DNA of 64,000 nucleotides. Origin: Phormidesmis sp. GTDB lineage: Bacteria > Cyanobacteriota > Cyanobacteriia > Leptolyngbyales > Leptolyngbyaceae. Below, in pieces: positions 40,976 to 50,658 of this stretch (positions are counted from its first letter, which is position 1; every line of letters begins with the position of its first letter). The position numbers were made by a program, and so were the translations under genes. The stretch lies in assembly GCA_965248535.1 (NCBI GenBank), contig CBDFJR010000002.1:480001-544000 (forward strand). Direction: 5' to 3'. The notes beneath the pieces are model-generated. The model worked only from the letters and a program-made list of their open reading frames with translations. It was not told the origin of the DNA and made no database searches.

Positions 40976-41452
40976 ATGTCCGATCGTACTTTTCCCTATA
41001 GTGCCTTTAACTTTTTGGTCAAATGGGATAACAGCGTTGACCCAACGACTGCACTGGGCGGCTTTTCAGACGTTTCGGGCATCAACACCGAGATGACGAT
41101 GGCCGAATATCGCAACGGCAATGAACTCGAAAATCACGTCCGCAAAGTGCCGGGATTGCACAAAGTGGGTGACGTGACACTCAAGCGCGGCATCATCAAA
41201 TCAACCGACTTTTGGAACTGGATTAACGCAACTCGTCGCACGGGAGTGAATGCAAAACGCGAAGTGATGATCACACTCCAAGATGAATCAGGAAAACCCG
41301 TGCAGTCATGGAAATTACGCGGTGTAGTGCCGATGAAATATACGGGGCCAACGCTGACGGGCAAAGGCGGTGGCGACGTGGCAATGGAAGAATTAGTGCT
41401 TTCAGCAGAAGGCTTGATTTTGGTCGATAGCACCGGGAATGACATCGGATGA
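40976..41452 (+). CDS. Tail tube protein (T4 gp19-like)
   Basis: PY..FNF.V, GGFSDVSG, EYRNG, KVPG, VTLKRG, VA.EELVL. Confidence 0.93.
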   Translation: MSDRTFPYSAFNFLVKWDNSVDPTTALGGFSDVSGINTEMTMAEYRNGNELENHVRKVPGLHKVGDVTLKRGIIKSTDFWNWINATRRTGVNAKREVMITLQDESGKPVQSWKLRGVVPMKYTGPTLTGKGGGDVAMEELVLSAEGLILVDSTGNDIG

Positions 41453-42981
41453 GCGGCTTAGTGTTTGAAACGGCACCGCCGATCGTGGCGAGTGCCCCCA
41501 ACCGATCGGATATCGCCTGCTTTATTGGCTTTGTGAGCAGGCGCAAAACGGCGTTGCCGTCTCAGCTAGAACGCTGGCTGCAAGAACAAGGCTGGAACTC
41601 GCCAGGAATCGGAGATCTACTCGATTTGCCTGTGCCGATCGAGGCATGGAATCAGTTTGATAACTTGTTCGCTTGGGATCAGCGACCTTTAGATCAGCCT
41701 AATCAAATCGGCAGCACTTATTTAGGCGCAGCGGTGCGATCGTTCTTTGCCCAAGGCGGGCGCAAATGCTATGTGATTAGAGTCGGTGATCCCTGGCGCT
41801 TGACGGCTCCAAAATCAGAGCGGTTGGAGCAGATTAAAAAGCTGATTCCCGGCTATCCAACGGGTTTTGAGGGTTCCGCCGTCGATCGGGCAAGCTGGCA
41901 CGGAGTCGGCCATCTGTTTGGCTTATCCGATGTATCGTTCCTGTGTTTTCCCGATCTAGCTGATGCCGTGGCAATGGATCGGCAGCGAATCGATCCGCCG
42001 AAATTGCCTGCTCCACCCCTAGAACAGTTTGTAGAATGCTCACAGCCAGTCCCTCAAATTGCCGATCGCTCGTCCCGATTATTTCAAGCTCCTCGCTGTG
42101 ATGAAGACGGCTATAAGGCTTGGACAACGGCTCTACAGCTTGTCGCAGATCTGCTAATTCGTCAACAGCGAGAGGTGCAGTTAGTTGCCTCGGTGCCGTT
42201 GCCGGAGCGCGATCGTGATTTACTCGCCTTCTTCACGCAGCCCACACCGGGATTTGAGCCGCCGCTAGCGATCGCCGTTCCTAATCAAGGATTGGCGAGT
42301 GCGTTTGTGCAGCTTGCTTACCCGTGGGTGCAAACGCCCGGATCGGCAAATTTGCCAGAGCAGTTAGAAAGCCCCGATGCGGTGTTAGCAGGCGTTCTAG
42401 CTCGAAACGCCTTGACTCGCGGCAGTTTTCGCAGTGCGGCTAATTTGCATCTCGCCGATGTGCAGCAGGTTTATCCGATTCTCACCCGCGATCGCCTCCT
42501 GCATTCTCAGCCCGACAGCGCGACGCGATTGACGCAGCACACTTTGCCCCAGCGCATTTCTATTTTTGGCACGACTCCGATCGGGCTGCGCTTGCTCTCC
42601 GATGTCACCACGAGTTTGGATGAGAGTTATCGTCCGGCTAGCGTTAATCGCTTGGTGGCGGCGATCGTGCGGGCCGCTAGGCGATTGGGCGAAGAGGTCG
42701 TGTTTGAAGCATCGGGGGAGCGTCTGTGGATGCGTCTGCGCGATAGCCTTACCACGCTGATGAGTGGCTTGCTTAAAGCCGGAGCGCTGCAAGATGCGGG
42801 GGCAACGGCCTTTGCGGTGCGCTGCGATCGCGACACCATGACCCAGCAAGATCTCGATCAAGGTCGCGTCATTGCTCATATAGAATTTGTGGCCGCCGCC
42901 CCGATCGACCAAATCACGATCGTGCTTGCCCTCAACACAGGCGGACAGGTGGCGCTGATTCCTGCTCAGGAGGCTGCATGA
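41449..42981 (+). CDS. Second, divergent tail sheath protein
   Basis: R.DIA.FIG, AVRSFFAQGG..CYVIR, YPW, VFE....LW, F.VRCD..T. Confidence 0.8.
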   Translation: MSGLVFETAPPIVASAPNRSDIACFIGFVSRRKTALPSQLERWLQEQGWNSPGIGDLLDLPVPIEAWNQFDNLFAWDQRPLDQPNQIGSTYLGAAVRSFFAQGGRKCYVIRVGDPWRLTAPKSERLEQIKKLIPGYPTGFEGSAVDRASWHGVGHLFGLSDVSFLCFPDLADAVAMDRQRIDPPKLPAPPLEQFVECSQPVPQIADRSSRLFQAPRCDEDGYKAWTTALQLVADLLIRQQREVQLVASVPLPERDRDLLAFFTQPTPGFEPPLAIAVPNQGLASAFVQLAYPWVQTPGSANLPEQLESPDAVLAGVLARNALTRGSFRSAANLHLADVQQVYPILTRDRLLHSQPDSATRLTQHTLPQRISIFGTTPIGLRLLSDVTTSLDESYRPASVNRLVAAIVRAARRLGEEVVFEASGERLWMRLRDSLTTLMSGLLKAGALQDAGATAFAVRCDRDTMTQQDLDQGRVIAHIEFVAAAPIDQITIVLALNTGGQVALIPAQEAA

Positions 42982-43463
42982 GCAATTCAGCCTATCCGCT
43001 ACAGGTGTTTCGCTTTCAGGTCACGTTTCAAAAAGATCCGTTGCCCAACAGTGGCGATACGGCTCCGGTGCAGATGAGCGCGGCGTTTTCAGAATGCACG
43101 GGGCTAGAAGCGACGATGGAACCGAAAGTAATCAAAGAAGGCGGACGCAACTATGGCGCAGCACAGCGTGCGGGACAGGTGACCTTTGCGACGGTGATTT
43201 TAAAGCGTGGCATGACCCGCGATCGTGACTTATGGAACTGGTTTACCCTGGTGACTCAGGGAGCCTATGCCCATCGCCGCACGGCCACAATCACGATGTT
43301 TGACACGAGCGGCGCGGGCGTTTTGTCGTGGCAGTTAGAGAAGGCGATGCCCGTCAAGTTTAAAGCCGCCGACCTGAATGCCAAAGGCACCGAGATCGGC
43401 GTTGAAGAACTGCATTTTGTCCATGAAGGATTAAGTTTGATCAGAGGAGAAGGAACGCTATGA
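42978..43463 (+). CDS. Second tail tube protein (Afp5-like)
   Basis: FRFQV, FSECTGLE, EGG.N, ILKRG, PVKF.A.DLNA. Confidence 0.9.
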   Translation: MSNSAYPLQVFRFQVTFQKDPLPNSGDTAPVQMSAAFSECTGLEATMEPKVIKEGGRNYGAAQRAGQVTFATVILKRGMTRDRDLWNWFTLVTQGAYAHRRTATITMFDTSGAGVLSWQLEKAMPVKFKAADLNAKGTEIGVEELHFVHEGLSLIRGEGTL

Positions 43464-44467
43464 GTGAACCTGTGACTCGCGCTACCTTCACGCCGCAAAC
43501 GGGAAGTAAAACGCCAATCGAAGTGCATTTTAACCCGGTTTCGCTTCAGATTTCGATTAGTAATTCTCTAGAAGATAAAGGCAAAGGGAAAGACAAAAAA
43601 CAATACATTTCTAAAACGGCGGCAACGCTGGCGATGGATTTAATTTTCGACACAACTCACAAGGGCAGTGACGTGCGGATAGAAACTCAAAAGATCGCCC
43701 GATTTATGGAGCCAGGAAAAGAACCCGGCGATCAAAAAATTCCGACGATCGTGCTGTTTGAGTGGGGCACGTTTAAGTTTCAAGGCTTGATCCAATCCTA
43801 TCGAGAGACGATCGATTTCTTTTCGTCAGATGGGGTGCCGCTGCGGGCCAGCATTAGCCTCACGATGTCGCGTCAAGAAGAAGTGTTTGAGCCGAGTCCC
43901 CAGCCGCCTCGTGATTCCTCAGTTCAGGTGTCGGCGGGCATTAGCGCTAGTGCTGCCGCTTCCCTAGGGGGAGCACCCGATGCAGGACGGGCGATCGCGT
44001 CGGCAAATGCCCAAGACAGCCTGCGGTTTTCGAGCGGTGCCTTTACGTTGGATGCTTCGATTACGCTGAGTCCTGCGATCGCGTTTGCGACAGGCGGCGC
44101 TGGCATTGGCGGCGGCATTGGCATCGGTGGCGGCATTGGTGTTAGCGGAGATATTGGAATTAGTGGCGGAGTCGGGATTAGCGGCGGGGTTGGCATTAGT
44201 ACCGGAGCCGGAATCAGCATTGGCGGAAGTGCTTCCGCAGGAATCTCTGCCAGTGAAGGAGCCTTTGCAGGATTGCGTCTCTCTAGTGATGTGCGTCCTG
44301 TTGCACAAATTGATACTAATCGATTCATTCAATCGAGTGAATCTGTAGGTTTTGCCACTAGTCGTAATGCTAGTTTTCAAGTCGGTGGACAGGCAGAAAT
44401 TGAAGGGTCTGCCAGCTTAAGCACCAACGTCCGATCGCGCTCCACGATTCAGTTTGAGGAGGATTAA
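43460..44467 (+). CDS. CIS tube initiator (Afp7-like) with Gly/Ile/Ala-rich extension
   Basis: V.FNP.SL, L.FDTT, P..VLF.WG.F.F.G, F..DG.PLRA. Confidence 0.8.
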   Translation: MSEPVTRATFTPQTGSKTPIEVHFNPVSLQISISNSLEDKGKGKDKKQYISKTAATLAMDLIFDTTHKGSDVRIETQKIARFMEPGKEPGDQKIPTIVLFEWGTFKFQGLIQSYRETIDFFSSDGVPLRASISLTMSRQEEVFEPSPQPPRDSSVQVSAGISASAAASLGGAPDAGRAIASANAQDSLRFSSGAFTLDASITLSPAIAFATGGAGIGGGIGIGGGIGVSGDIGISGGVGISGGVGISTGAGISIGGSASAGISASEGAFAGLRLSSDVRPVAQIDTNRFIQSSESVGFATSRNASFQVGGQAEIEGSASLSTNVRSRSTIQFEED

Positions 44468-44469
44468 TT

Positions 44470-44631
44470 ATGCCCGTTGTCTTTGATCAAGTGATTGGCG
44501 AAGTCGTTCCCCCAGAGCCGTCTCGCCAAGATGAGCCAGAAAATTCTCCCTCAGTTGCACCTAGCGATCGTAGGCTGCAAACCACCTTAAGGCAATTAGA
44601 AAAACGCCGTGCGAGATTAAAAGCCGATTAG
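44470..44631 (+). CDS. 53-aa eCIS small protein (Afp6/Pvc6-like candidate), absent from the ORF track
   Basis: GGAGG RBS; MPVVFDQVIGEVVP...RQLEKRRARLKAD; lies between the tube initiator and spike hub genes. Confidence 0.6.
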   Translation: MPVVFDQVIGEVVPPEPSRQDEPENSPSVAPSDRRLQTTLRQLEKRRARLKAD

Positions 44632-44668
44632 TTTCAAGTCTCTAGACATTTTGCCCTCTTTTTTAGCC

Positions 44669-45760
44669 ATGCCCGAAACTAAACTCAGTCCCCTTACCGT
44701 CTATAGCGCCCAGCCCACCGTGCGGATCAATGCTCAAGAATATCCCAAAGTGAGCGAATCGATTTTGGCGATGGAAATGGTCGAGCAAGACGGCGGGATG
44801 TCAGCCCTAGAACTTCGACTTAGCAATGTGGTTAGCGATCCCAATGGCGGGGCAAATTTGGCGTTTGAAGACAACCAAATCTTAAAGTTAGGAGCCACGA
44901 TCGCGCTCTATGCCGGGGATGCAACCGCTCCGCAAGAAATCTTTCAGGGGGCGATCACCGGGTTAGAAATCGACTTTCCAGAGAGCGGCCCACCCGACCT
45001 CACGATTTTGGCTGAAGACGTTTTTCAACGGGCGCGGATGGCGCGGCAGAGCAAAGTTCACACCGATGTCTCGATCGCCGATCTAGCCCGACAGCTTGCT
45101 AGTCAACTCAGCCTGACTCCGGTGATTACGGGGCTGACTCAACCGATCGGCACTCAAGTGCAACTCAACGAAAGTGATTTAGCCTTTTTGCGGCGATTGC
45201 TCGATCGCTACGATGGCGATCTGCAAGTGGTCGGCAAAGAGCTACACGTTTCGCCAAACGCTGAGGTGCGGCGCGGCAAACTAGAACTGGCGATCGATAG
45301 CCAATTACGGCGAGCAAAAGTTTTGGTTGATCTGGCGCACCAAGTCACCGAAGTCACCGTCAGCGGCTGGAATCCGGCTCAGGGCAGGCGGGTTAGCGCT
45401 AGGAGTCAAGGCGCACATCTGCGATCGGGCGCTGGTACTCGCGGTTCGCAAATTTTGCAGAAAACCTTAGGCGATCGCTCTCACCATTTATCTCACTTGG
45501 CAGTCACCACCGATGCCGAAGCGCGGGCGGTTGCCGATGCTGCGTTTGACGATCGGGCCCGGCAGTTTGTCTGTGTTGAGGGCACGGCTGACGGCAATCC
45601 GGCGCTGCGAGTCGGGACGCATTTAACCCTCAAAGGATTGGGCGATCGCTTCAGCAATACCTACTATGTGACTCGTGCTTGTCATCGCTTTAGCCTGGGC
45701 GCAGAGGGTGGCTATGTCACCGATTTTGAAGCCGAATCTGCCTTTTGGGGAGGGAACTAA
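44669..45760 (+). CDS. Baseplate hub (phage late control D / gp27-like, N-terminal VgrG half)
   Basis: IFQG.ITGLE, Q.NESDLAFLRRL, V.VSGW, GNPALRVG, FS..YYV....H. Confidence 0.85.
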   Translation: MPETKLSPLTVYSAQPTVRINAQEYPKVSESILAMEMVEQDGGMSALELRLSNVVSDPNGGANLAFEDNQILKLGATIALYAGDATAPQEIFQGAITGLEIDFPESGPPDLTILAEDVFQRARMARQSKVHTDVSIADLARQLASQLSLTPVITGLTQPIGTQVQLNESDLAFLRRLLDRYDGDLQVVGKELHVSPNAEVRRGKLELAIDSQLRRAKVLVDLAHQVTEVTVSGWNPAQGRRVSARSQGAHLRSGAGTRGSQILQKTLGDRSHHLSHLAVTTDAEARAVADAAFDDRARQFVCVEGTADGNPALRVGTHLTLKGLGDRFSNTYYVTRACHRFSLGAEGGYVTDFEAESAFWGGN

Positions 45761-46449
45761 TGCAGCCGATCTTTGAGCATCCAACGACAGCATTACACGG
45801 CAGCTATCTAGGAGAAGTAGTGTCGGTGAACGATCCTGACCATCTCTCTAGGGTGCAGGTGCGGCTGTTTAACTTCGATGGCGCAGGGCAACAAGATGCG
45901 CCGATTTGGGCAAGAGTGGCGGTGCCAGTGGCAGGAGCGAATTCTGGAGCGTTTCTGCTGCCCGATGTGGGAGACGAAGTGCTGATCACGTTTGTGAATG
46001 GGGATGCGCGGCTGCCCATGGTGATCGGGTCGCTGTGGAATGGCAACGCACCCGCACCTGAAACCCTAGGCGGAAGTGGTGAAACCGTCGATCGCTGGAC
46101 TCTAGTGGGAAAAGCCCAAACGCGGATCGCGATCGTCGAAGAATCTCCGGGCAATGCCACCATTTCTCTCACGACTCCGGGCGGGGTCAGCGGCATCCTC
46201 ACCCAAACCGCCGGAGGAAAAATCGAGTTTGAAGCCGCAGGCACGACAGTCACAGTAGACACCAGTGGGGTCACGGTGCAGAGTGCCGGACGGGTCAGCG
46301 TCAGCGCTAGCCAAGTCGAAGTCACGGCGGGACAGGTGACGGTGAACGCGGCGATTTCGACCTTTTCGGGGGTCGTCAAATGTGACACTCTGATTGCCAC
46401 CACCGTGGTCTCGACCACCTACACACCCGGAGCCGGAAATATATGGTAG
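45760..46449 (+). CDS. Spike protein (gpV / gp5 OB-fold plus beta-helix)
   Basis: V.DP..L.RV.V, WARVA...AG..SG...LPDVGDEVL..F..GD..P.VIGSLWNG; TAATG coupling. Confidence 0.88.
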   Translation: MQPIFEHPTTALHGSYLGEVVSVNDPDHLSRVQVRLFNFDGAGQQDAPIWARVAVPVAGANSGAFLLPDVGDEVLITFVNGDARLPMVIGSLWNGNAPAPETLGGSGETVDRWTLVGKAQTRIAIVEESPGNATISLTTPGGVSGILTQTAGGKIEFEAAGTTVTVDTSGVTVQSAGRVSVSASQVEVTAGQVTVNAAISTFSGVVKCDTLIATTVVSTTYTPGAGNIW

Positions 46450-48005
46450 ACCCTGCTGTGATTCTGCAAGCGGTGGGCGTGAGTCAGGTTGCCGACCAGC
46501 CCAATTTGCCTAAATCCTACGATCTGCGACCCACGATTCTTAAACGAACGGAGCAAGATTTTATTGGCTCTGTTTTAGATGAATTGCGGAGTGGAAAAGG
46601 AATTCAAGCGTTAACGGGAGTGATTGATTCTCATCAGTCTGGTGATACCTTAACGTTTCTTCAGCCAGTGCATCGCACGTTCTATCTCGTGATTTTAGAA
46701 ATTGCTTGTGATCCGTTTAATCAGCCCTATTTGCAGCCGCGTCTTGATCCTCGCAAAATCGAGAGTGCGGGGCTAGTGGTGCGTCGAGTCGCTGCCAATG
46801 GCAAACTCGAAGGCTGGCGCAAACAGGGGCACTCAGTGCGGGGCTGGATTCCCTTTGACACTGAGAATGCTGAGAAGCTTGATCCTGATCCCGATCGCCG
46901 CCCCCCGATCGCGTCGGGATTGCCAGACCTCGATCGCTTGTTGGCTCCCCATGCGCCGCTTTCTGAAAGTGTTGCGCCGCTCTATGTGGCTCCGCCCGAT
47001 GTCTGTCAGGCGGTGGGACGCACGATTTTGTATGGCGTGATTCCGGTGACTAGCTCAGAGTTTAGCGAAGCGCCCCCCGTCACGCCCACGCCGGAGGATG
47101 CTGACACGTTAAATCAGCTAAATGCCGCTATTAAAGATATGCTGCCGATTTATCTGCGATCGGGCGGCGATCGGCGAGAACCCCAAGGGGGTAGGGTGTT
47201 GACGGCTGATCTGGCGGATGATCTGAGCTTGCGCGGCTTTTTAGCGACGCTGCACCAGCTAAGATTTCAGTTTCGGCTGTTTGATGCTGATCTGGCGAGT
47301 GTTGCTTTATTCAACGCATTCAATCAAGCGATCGTGGCCCCTGACACGCCCAATGCTCAACCGTTGGGCGATCTGTTGTCTTTAGCGAGTCGCATTCTCA
47401 TCGATCGAGAAGCCGGATTAGAGGTGACGCTGCCTCAAAATTGGCCGACCTTGAGCGATTCCCAAAATCAGACTCTTTTAGATTTGTCGCGGGCGGCGTT
47501 GATGAGTCATTTATCGGCTTTGACGGCGGGTGAAAGTCGATTTGAGGCGTTAGAGTCCCGTTATCAAGTGCGGGCGTTTGTGCGGCTCAAATCTATTGAT
47601 GCTTGTGTTCATTCTCCGTTGTGGAGTGACTATAGTGCTGAGTTTACGATCGCGCCCTGGTATGAATCTGGCAGTCAGCCTCCAGTGAAAGTGGTGTTGC
47701 CTGACATTCTGAATCCTAAAGCGTTGGCAAGTCTTAAACCTAGCGTTGCTTTTTCGGTTCCACCTAAATTATTTAACTTTCTCAACAAGAACGATATCGC
47801 CAAATCTGTTTTGTCTGGGGATGTTAAAGATGGTGATGATGGCGGCATTGCCTGGATTTGTTCGTTTAATATCCCGATCATTACACTTTGTGCTTACTTA
47901 GTGCTGAATATTTTCTTACAACTCTTCAATATTATCTTTTGGTGGATTTTGATCGTAAAGATTTGTCTTCCTGTTCCTAAAAAGCTATTTCCCAAGCCGA
48001 AGTAG
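46443..48005 (+). CDS. Uncharacterised eCIS protein with a hydrophobic C-terminal membrane segment
   Basis: C-terminal WICSFNIPIITLCAYLVLNIFLQLFNIIFWWILIVKICLP followed by basic tail; no N-terminal signal. Confidence 0.7.
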   Translation: MVDPAVILQAVGVSQVADQPNLPKSYDLRPTILKRTEQDFIGSVLDELRSGKGIQALTGVIDSHQSGDTLTFLQPVHRTFYLVILEIACDPFNQPYLQPRLDPRKIESAGLVVRRVAANGKLEGWRKQGHSVRGWIPFDTENAEKLDPDPDRRPPIASGLPDLDRLLAPHAPLSESVAPLYVAPPDVCQAVGRTILYGVIPVTSSEFSEAPPVTPTPEDADTLNQLNAAIKDMLPIYLRSGGDRREPQGGRVLTADLADDLSLRGFLATLHQLRFQFRLFDADLASVALFNAFNQAIVAPDTPNAQPLGDLLSLASRILIDREAGLEVTLPQNWPTLSDSQNQTLLDLSRAALMSHLSALTAGESRFEALESRYQVRAFVRLKSIDACVHSPLWSDYSAEFTIAPWYESGSQPPVKVVLPDILNPKALASLKPSVAFSVPPKLFNFLNKNDIAKSVLSGDVKDGDDGGIAWICSFNIPIITLCAYLVLNIFLQLFNIIFWWILIVKICLPVPKKLFPKPK

Positions 48006-48077
48006 TGTTGTAGAGATCGATTTCTGAGTGTTCTTTTTTTAGTATCGCGACCTGAAATCTCAATCTAACGTGTCCTC

Positions 48078-48467
48078 ATGCCTCCTAACCCTCCCCCGAT
48101 CGGATTCCCTCTCCTCACTGTCCCCGATGCTAACGGACAGATTAACTTCCCTAGTCTCGAAGCCAGCGTTCGGCAAGCGATTCAGGTGATTTTGCAAACT
48201 CGACCGGGCGAACAGTTGAGACACCCTGACTTTGGGGCCGGACTGCAAACCTTTTTGCAAGAATCCAACACGCTGGTGACTCGTCGCCGCTTGCACGATC
48301 GCATTACCGATTCTCTAACGCGCTGGGAACCCCGGATTCTCATCGATCGCGTCGAAGTCGAAACGGTGCCCGATCAGCCGACGCATCTACGCATCGAAAT
48401 TTGGTATCGTCTGCGGCGCACGGGCGTAGCGCAACATCTCGGTTTAACTATGCAACTGGAGGTTTAA
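48078..48467 (+). CDS. gp25/GPW baseplate protein (Afp9-like)
   Basis: IGFP, IL.TRPGE...PDFG.GL, RWEPRI. Confidence 0.9.
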   Translation: MPPNPPPIGFPLLTVPDANGQINFPSLEASVRQAIQVILQTRPGEQLRHPDFGAGLQTFLQESNTLVTRRRLHDRITDSLTRWEPRILIDRVEVETVPDQPTHLRIEIWYRLRRTGVAQHLGLTMQLEV

Positions 48468-48468
48468 T

Positions 48469-50658
48469 ATGCCGATTCGCCCTCCAAATTTAGACGATCG
48501 CAGCTTTGATGATTTAGTCAACGAAGCGCTGGCGCGCATTCCTGCCCACACGCCCGAATGGACGCACGATCGGGTCGGCGACCCAGGACGCACGATCGTC
48601 GAGTTGTTTGCGTGGCTCACCGATACGCTGCTTTATCGCGCCAACTTGATCCCTGAACGGCAGCGATTGGCATTTTTGCGGCTGCTGGGTGTGCCGATGC
48701 GTCCGGCGCTGCCTGCTCAAGGCCTCGTCACCATCTCTGACGATCCCCAAGCGACCCAAGCCCTGATGCTGCAACCGTTGGCGACCGTTAAAGGAACCGT
48801 CAATTTTGAGACTCGTGCTGAAATGACGGTGTTTCCGGTCACGGCTGAACTTTATTACAAACGTCCGTTAGTTCCCACCGAAGCTGCAAAACTGGCCAAC
48901 ATTGTTCAAGGACTTCAGCAGGTTTATCAACTTCAAACTCCGGCGATTCCCTATGTGACCACGCCGATTTTTGCCGCCGCCAAACCTGAATCTCAAGGCT
49001 TTGATCTCGTTAAACAAACCATTGATCAGTGTGTTTGGATCGCCATTCTCGCGACGGAACCAAAATTTGTAGATGCAGCAAGACGGTCCCTCGGTCATAG
49101 TGCCGTGGGGCAACCTTTGCTGAATGTGGGCGTGATGCCCGCGACCGCCATCCCCGATTTATTTGAAGACATCGGCACTCGTGCCCGCATTCCTCACGTT
49201 TGGGAGATTAGCACTGGGCAAGAAATCGCCAATGTACCGCAATATCTAAGCCTGAATGTGATTGCCGATTCCACTGCGGGGCTGACGCGGCGCGGCGTTG
49301 TCAGGCTGGCGATGCCGTCACCGAATTATATCGGGGCACCGACCAACAATGTTCGAGATCGCCTCAACGCCGGAACGGGCGATCGTCCACCGCGCATTGA
49401 TGCGCCCGAAGTGGCGGCGCGACTGGTGACCTGGCTGCGGTTGCGTCCGAGTCGTCGCGATTTACAAACCCTGTCCCTAAGCTGGATGGGCATCAACGTA
49501 GTTGAGATTGACCAACGACAAACCCTGGCGGGGCGGGTGATTGGCGAAAGTGACGGCAGCGCTGACCAAGAATTTCAGCTACCCGGACAATCGATCGAGC
49601 CAACCACGCTGCAAATCCAAGTCGAGGAGGCGGGACGCGGCTATCAGCTTTGGCACCCGATCGACGATCTCGCCCTCGCCGGACAAAACGCTAGCGTCTA
49701 TCGGTTAGATAGCGAAGCGGGCACAATCCGCTTGGGCAACGGCATTCAAGGACAGATTCCTGAAGCCGGACGGCGAATTCGAGTGGCGTTGATGCGATCG
49801 GGCGGGGGAATCGCCGGAAATTTGCCAGCCGGATCGCTCAACAGCATTACGGCCACCGATTTGCAGGGCAATCTCGTCACCAAACTCAAGGTTCAGCAGC
49901 CGTTGCCGATGCAGGGCGGGGTTGAAAGTGAGACCCTAGCCGAAGCCGAAATTCGCATTCCGGGACTGTTTCGCCATCGCGATCGGGCGGTGACAGCCGA
50001 TGATTATCAGCGATTGGCGGCCGAGACTCCGGGGGTGCGGCTGGGTCGTGTCGAAGTGTTGCCAAAATTTAAACCGCAGCAGCGACGATTTGATATTCCG
50101 GGTGTGGTTTCAGTGATGGTGTTACCGTTCCAAGAGTCATTAGAGTTACCAAATCCGCGAGTGGATCGACCGCTATTAGAATCTGTACAGGCTTATTTAG
50201 ATTCTCGCCGTCCTTTAGCCACAGAACTCTATGTGATCGGCTGTGAATACATTCCCATTGGCATTAGCGTGGGCATTCAGATTCAAAACGGGTTTGGACA
50301 AGATGGTGTTTTATTAGCCGTGCGGAAGGCTCTGCAACGATTTCTGTTTCCGATCGCGCCCGGTGGCATTGATGAAAAAGGCTGGAGCCTAGGCAGAACG
50401 GTGAAAGCCAGAGAATTAGACGTGGTGGTAGCCAGAGTTCCGGGTGTCTTAGCCGTGTTGAATATTCGTCTGTTTCAGCAAATCGGCGCGACTGCTCGGT
50501 GGCAGTCGGTGTCTGAGGTCAGCCTCACCCCTTGGCAACTGCCCGAACTGCTGGCGATCGTGGTAGTTGCTGACGAAGATGCCCCCGACACGCTTGACCC
50601 GATTTCCTTTGGCGCTCAGTCAGGCGTTGCGGTTCCTGTCGTCCCGGAGGTGTGCTAA
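48469..50658 (+). CDS. Baseplate J / wedge protein (Afp11-like)
   Basis: PNLDDRSF.DLV, PEWT....DPG.T..ELFAWL, G.SDG...Q.F, RAVT..DY. Confidence 0.9.
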   Translation: MPIRPPNLDDRSFDDLVNEALARIPAHTPEWTHDRVGDPGRTIVELFAWLTDTLLYRANLIPERQRLAFLRLLGVPMRPALPAQGLVTISDDPQATQALMLQPLATVKGTVNFETRAEMTVFPVTAELYYKRPLVPTEAAKLANIVQGLQQVYQLQTPAIPYVTTPIFAAAKPESQGFDLVKQTIDQCVWIAILATEPKFVDAARRSLGHSAVGQPLLNVGVMPATAIPDLFEDIGTRARIPHVWEISTGQEIANVPQYLSLNVIADSTAGLTRRGVVRLAMPSPNYIGAPTNNVRDRLNAGTGDRPPRIDAPEVAARLVTWLRLRPSRRDLQTLSLSWMGINVVEIDQRQTLAGRVIGESDGSADQEFQLPGQSIEPTTLQIQVEEAGRGYQLWHPIDDLALAGQNASVYRLDSEAGTIRLGNGIQGQIPEAGRRIRVALMRSGGGIAGNLPAGSLNSITATDLQGNLVTKLKVQQPLPMQGGVESETLAEAEIRIPGLFRHRDRAVTADDYQRLAAETPGVRLGRVEVLPKFKPQQRRFDIPGVVSVMVLPFQESLELPNPRVDRPLLESVQAYLDSRRPLATELYVIGCEYIPIGISVGIQIQNGFGQDGVLLAVRKALQRFLFPIAPGGIDEKGWSLGRTVKARELDVVVARVPGVLAVLNIRLFQQIGATARWQSVSEVSLTPWQLPELLAIVVVADEDAPDTLDPISFGAQSGVAVPVVPEVC

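Noticed and set aside
45804..46418. 204-aa minus-strand ORF
   Set aside because: Antisense shadow of the spike gene
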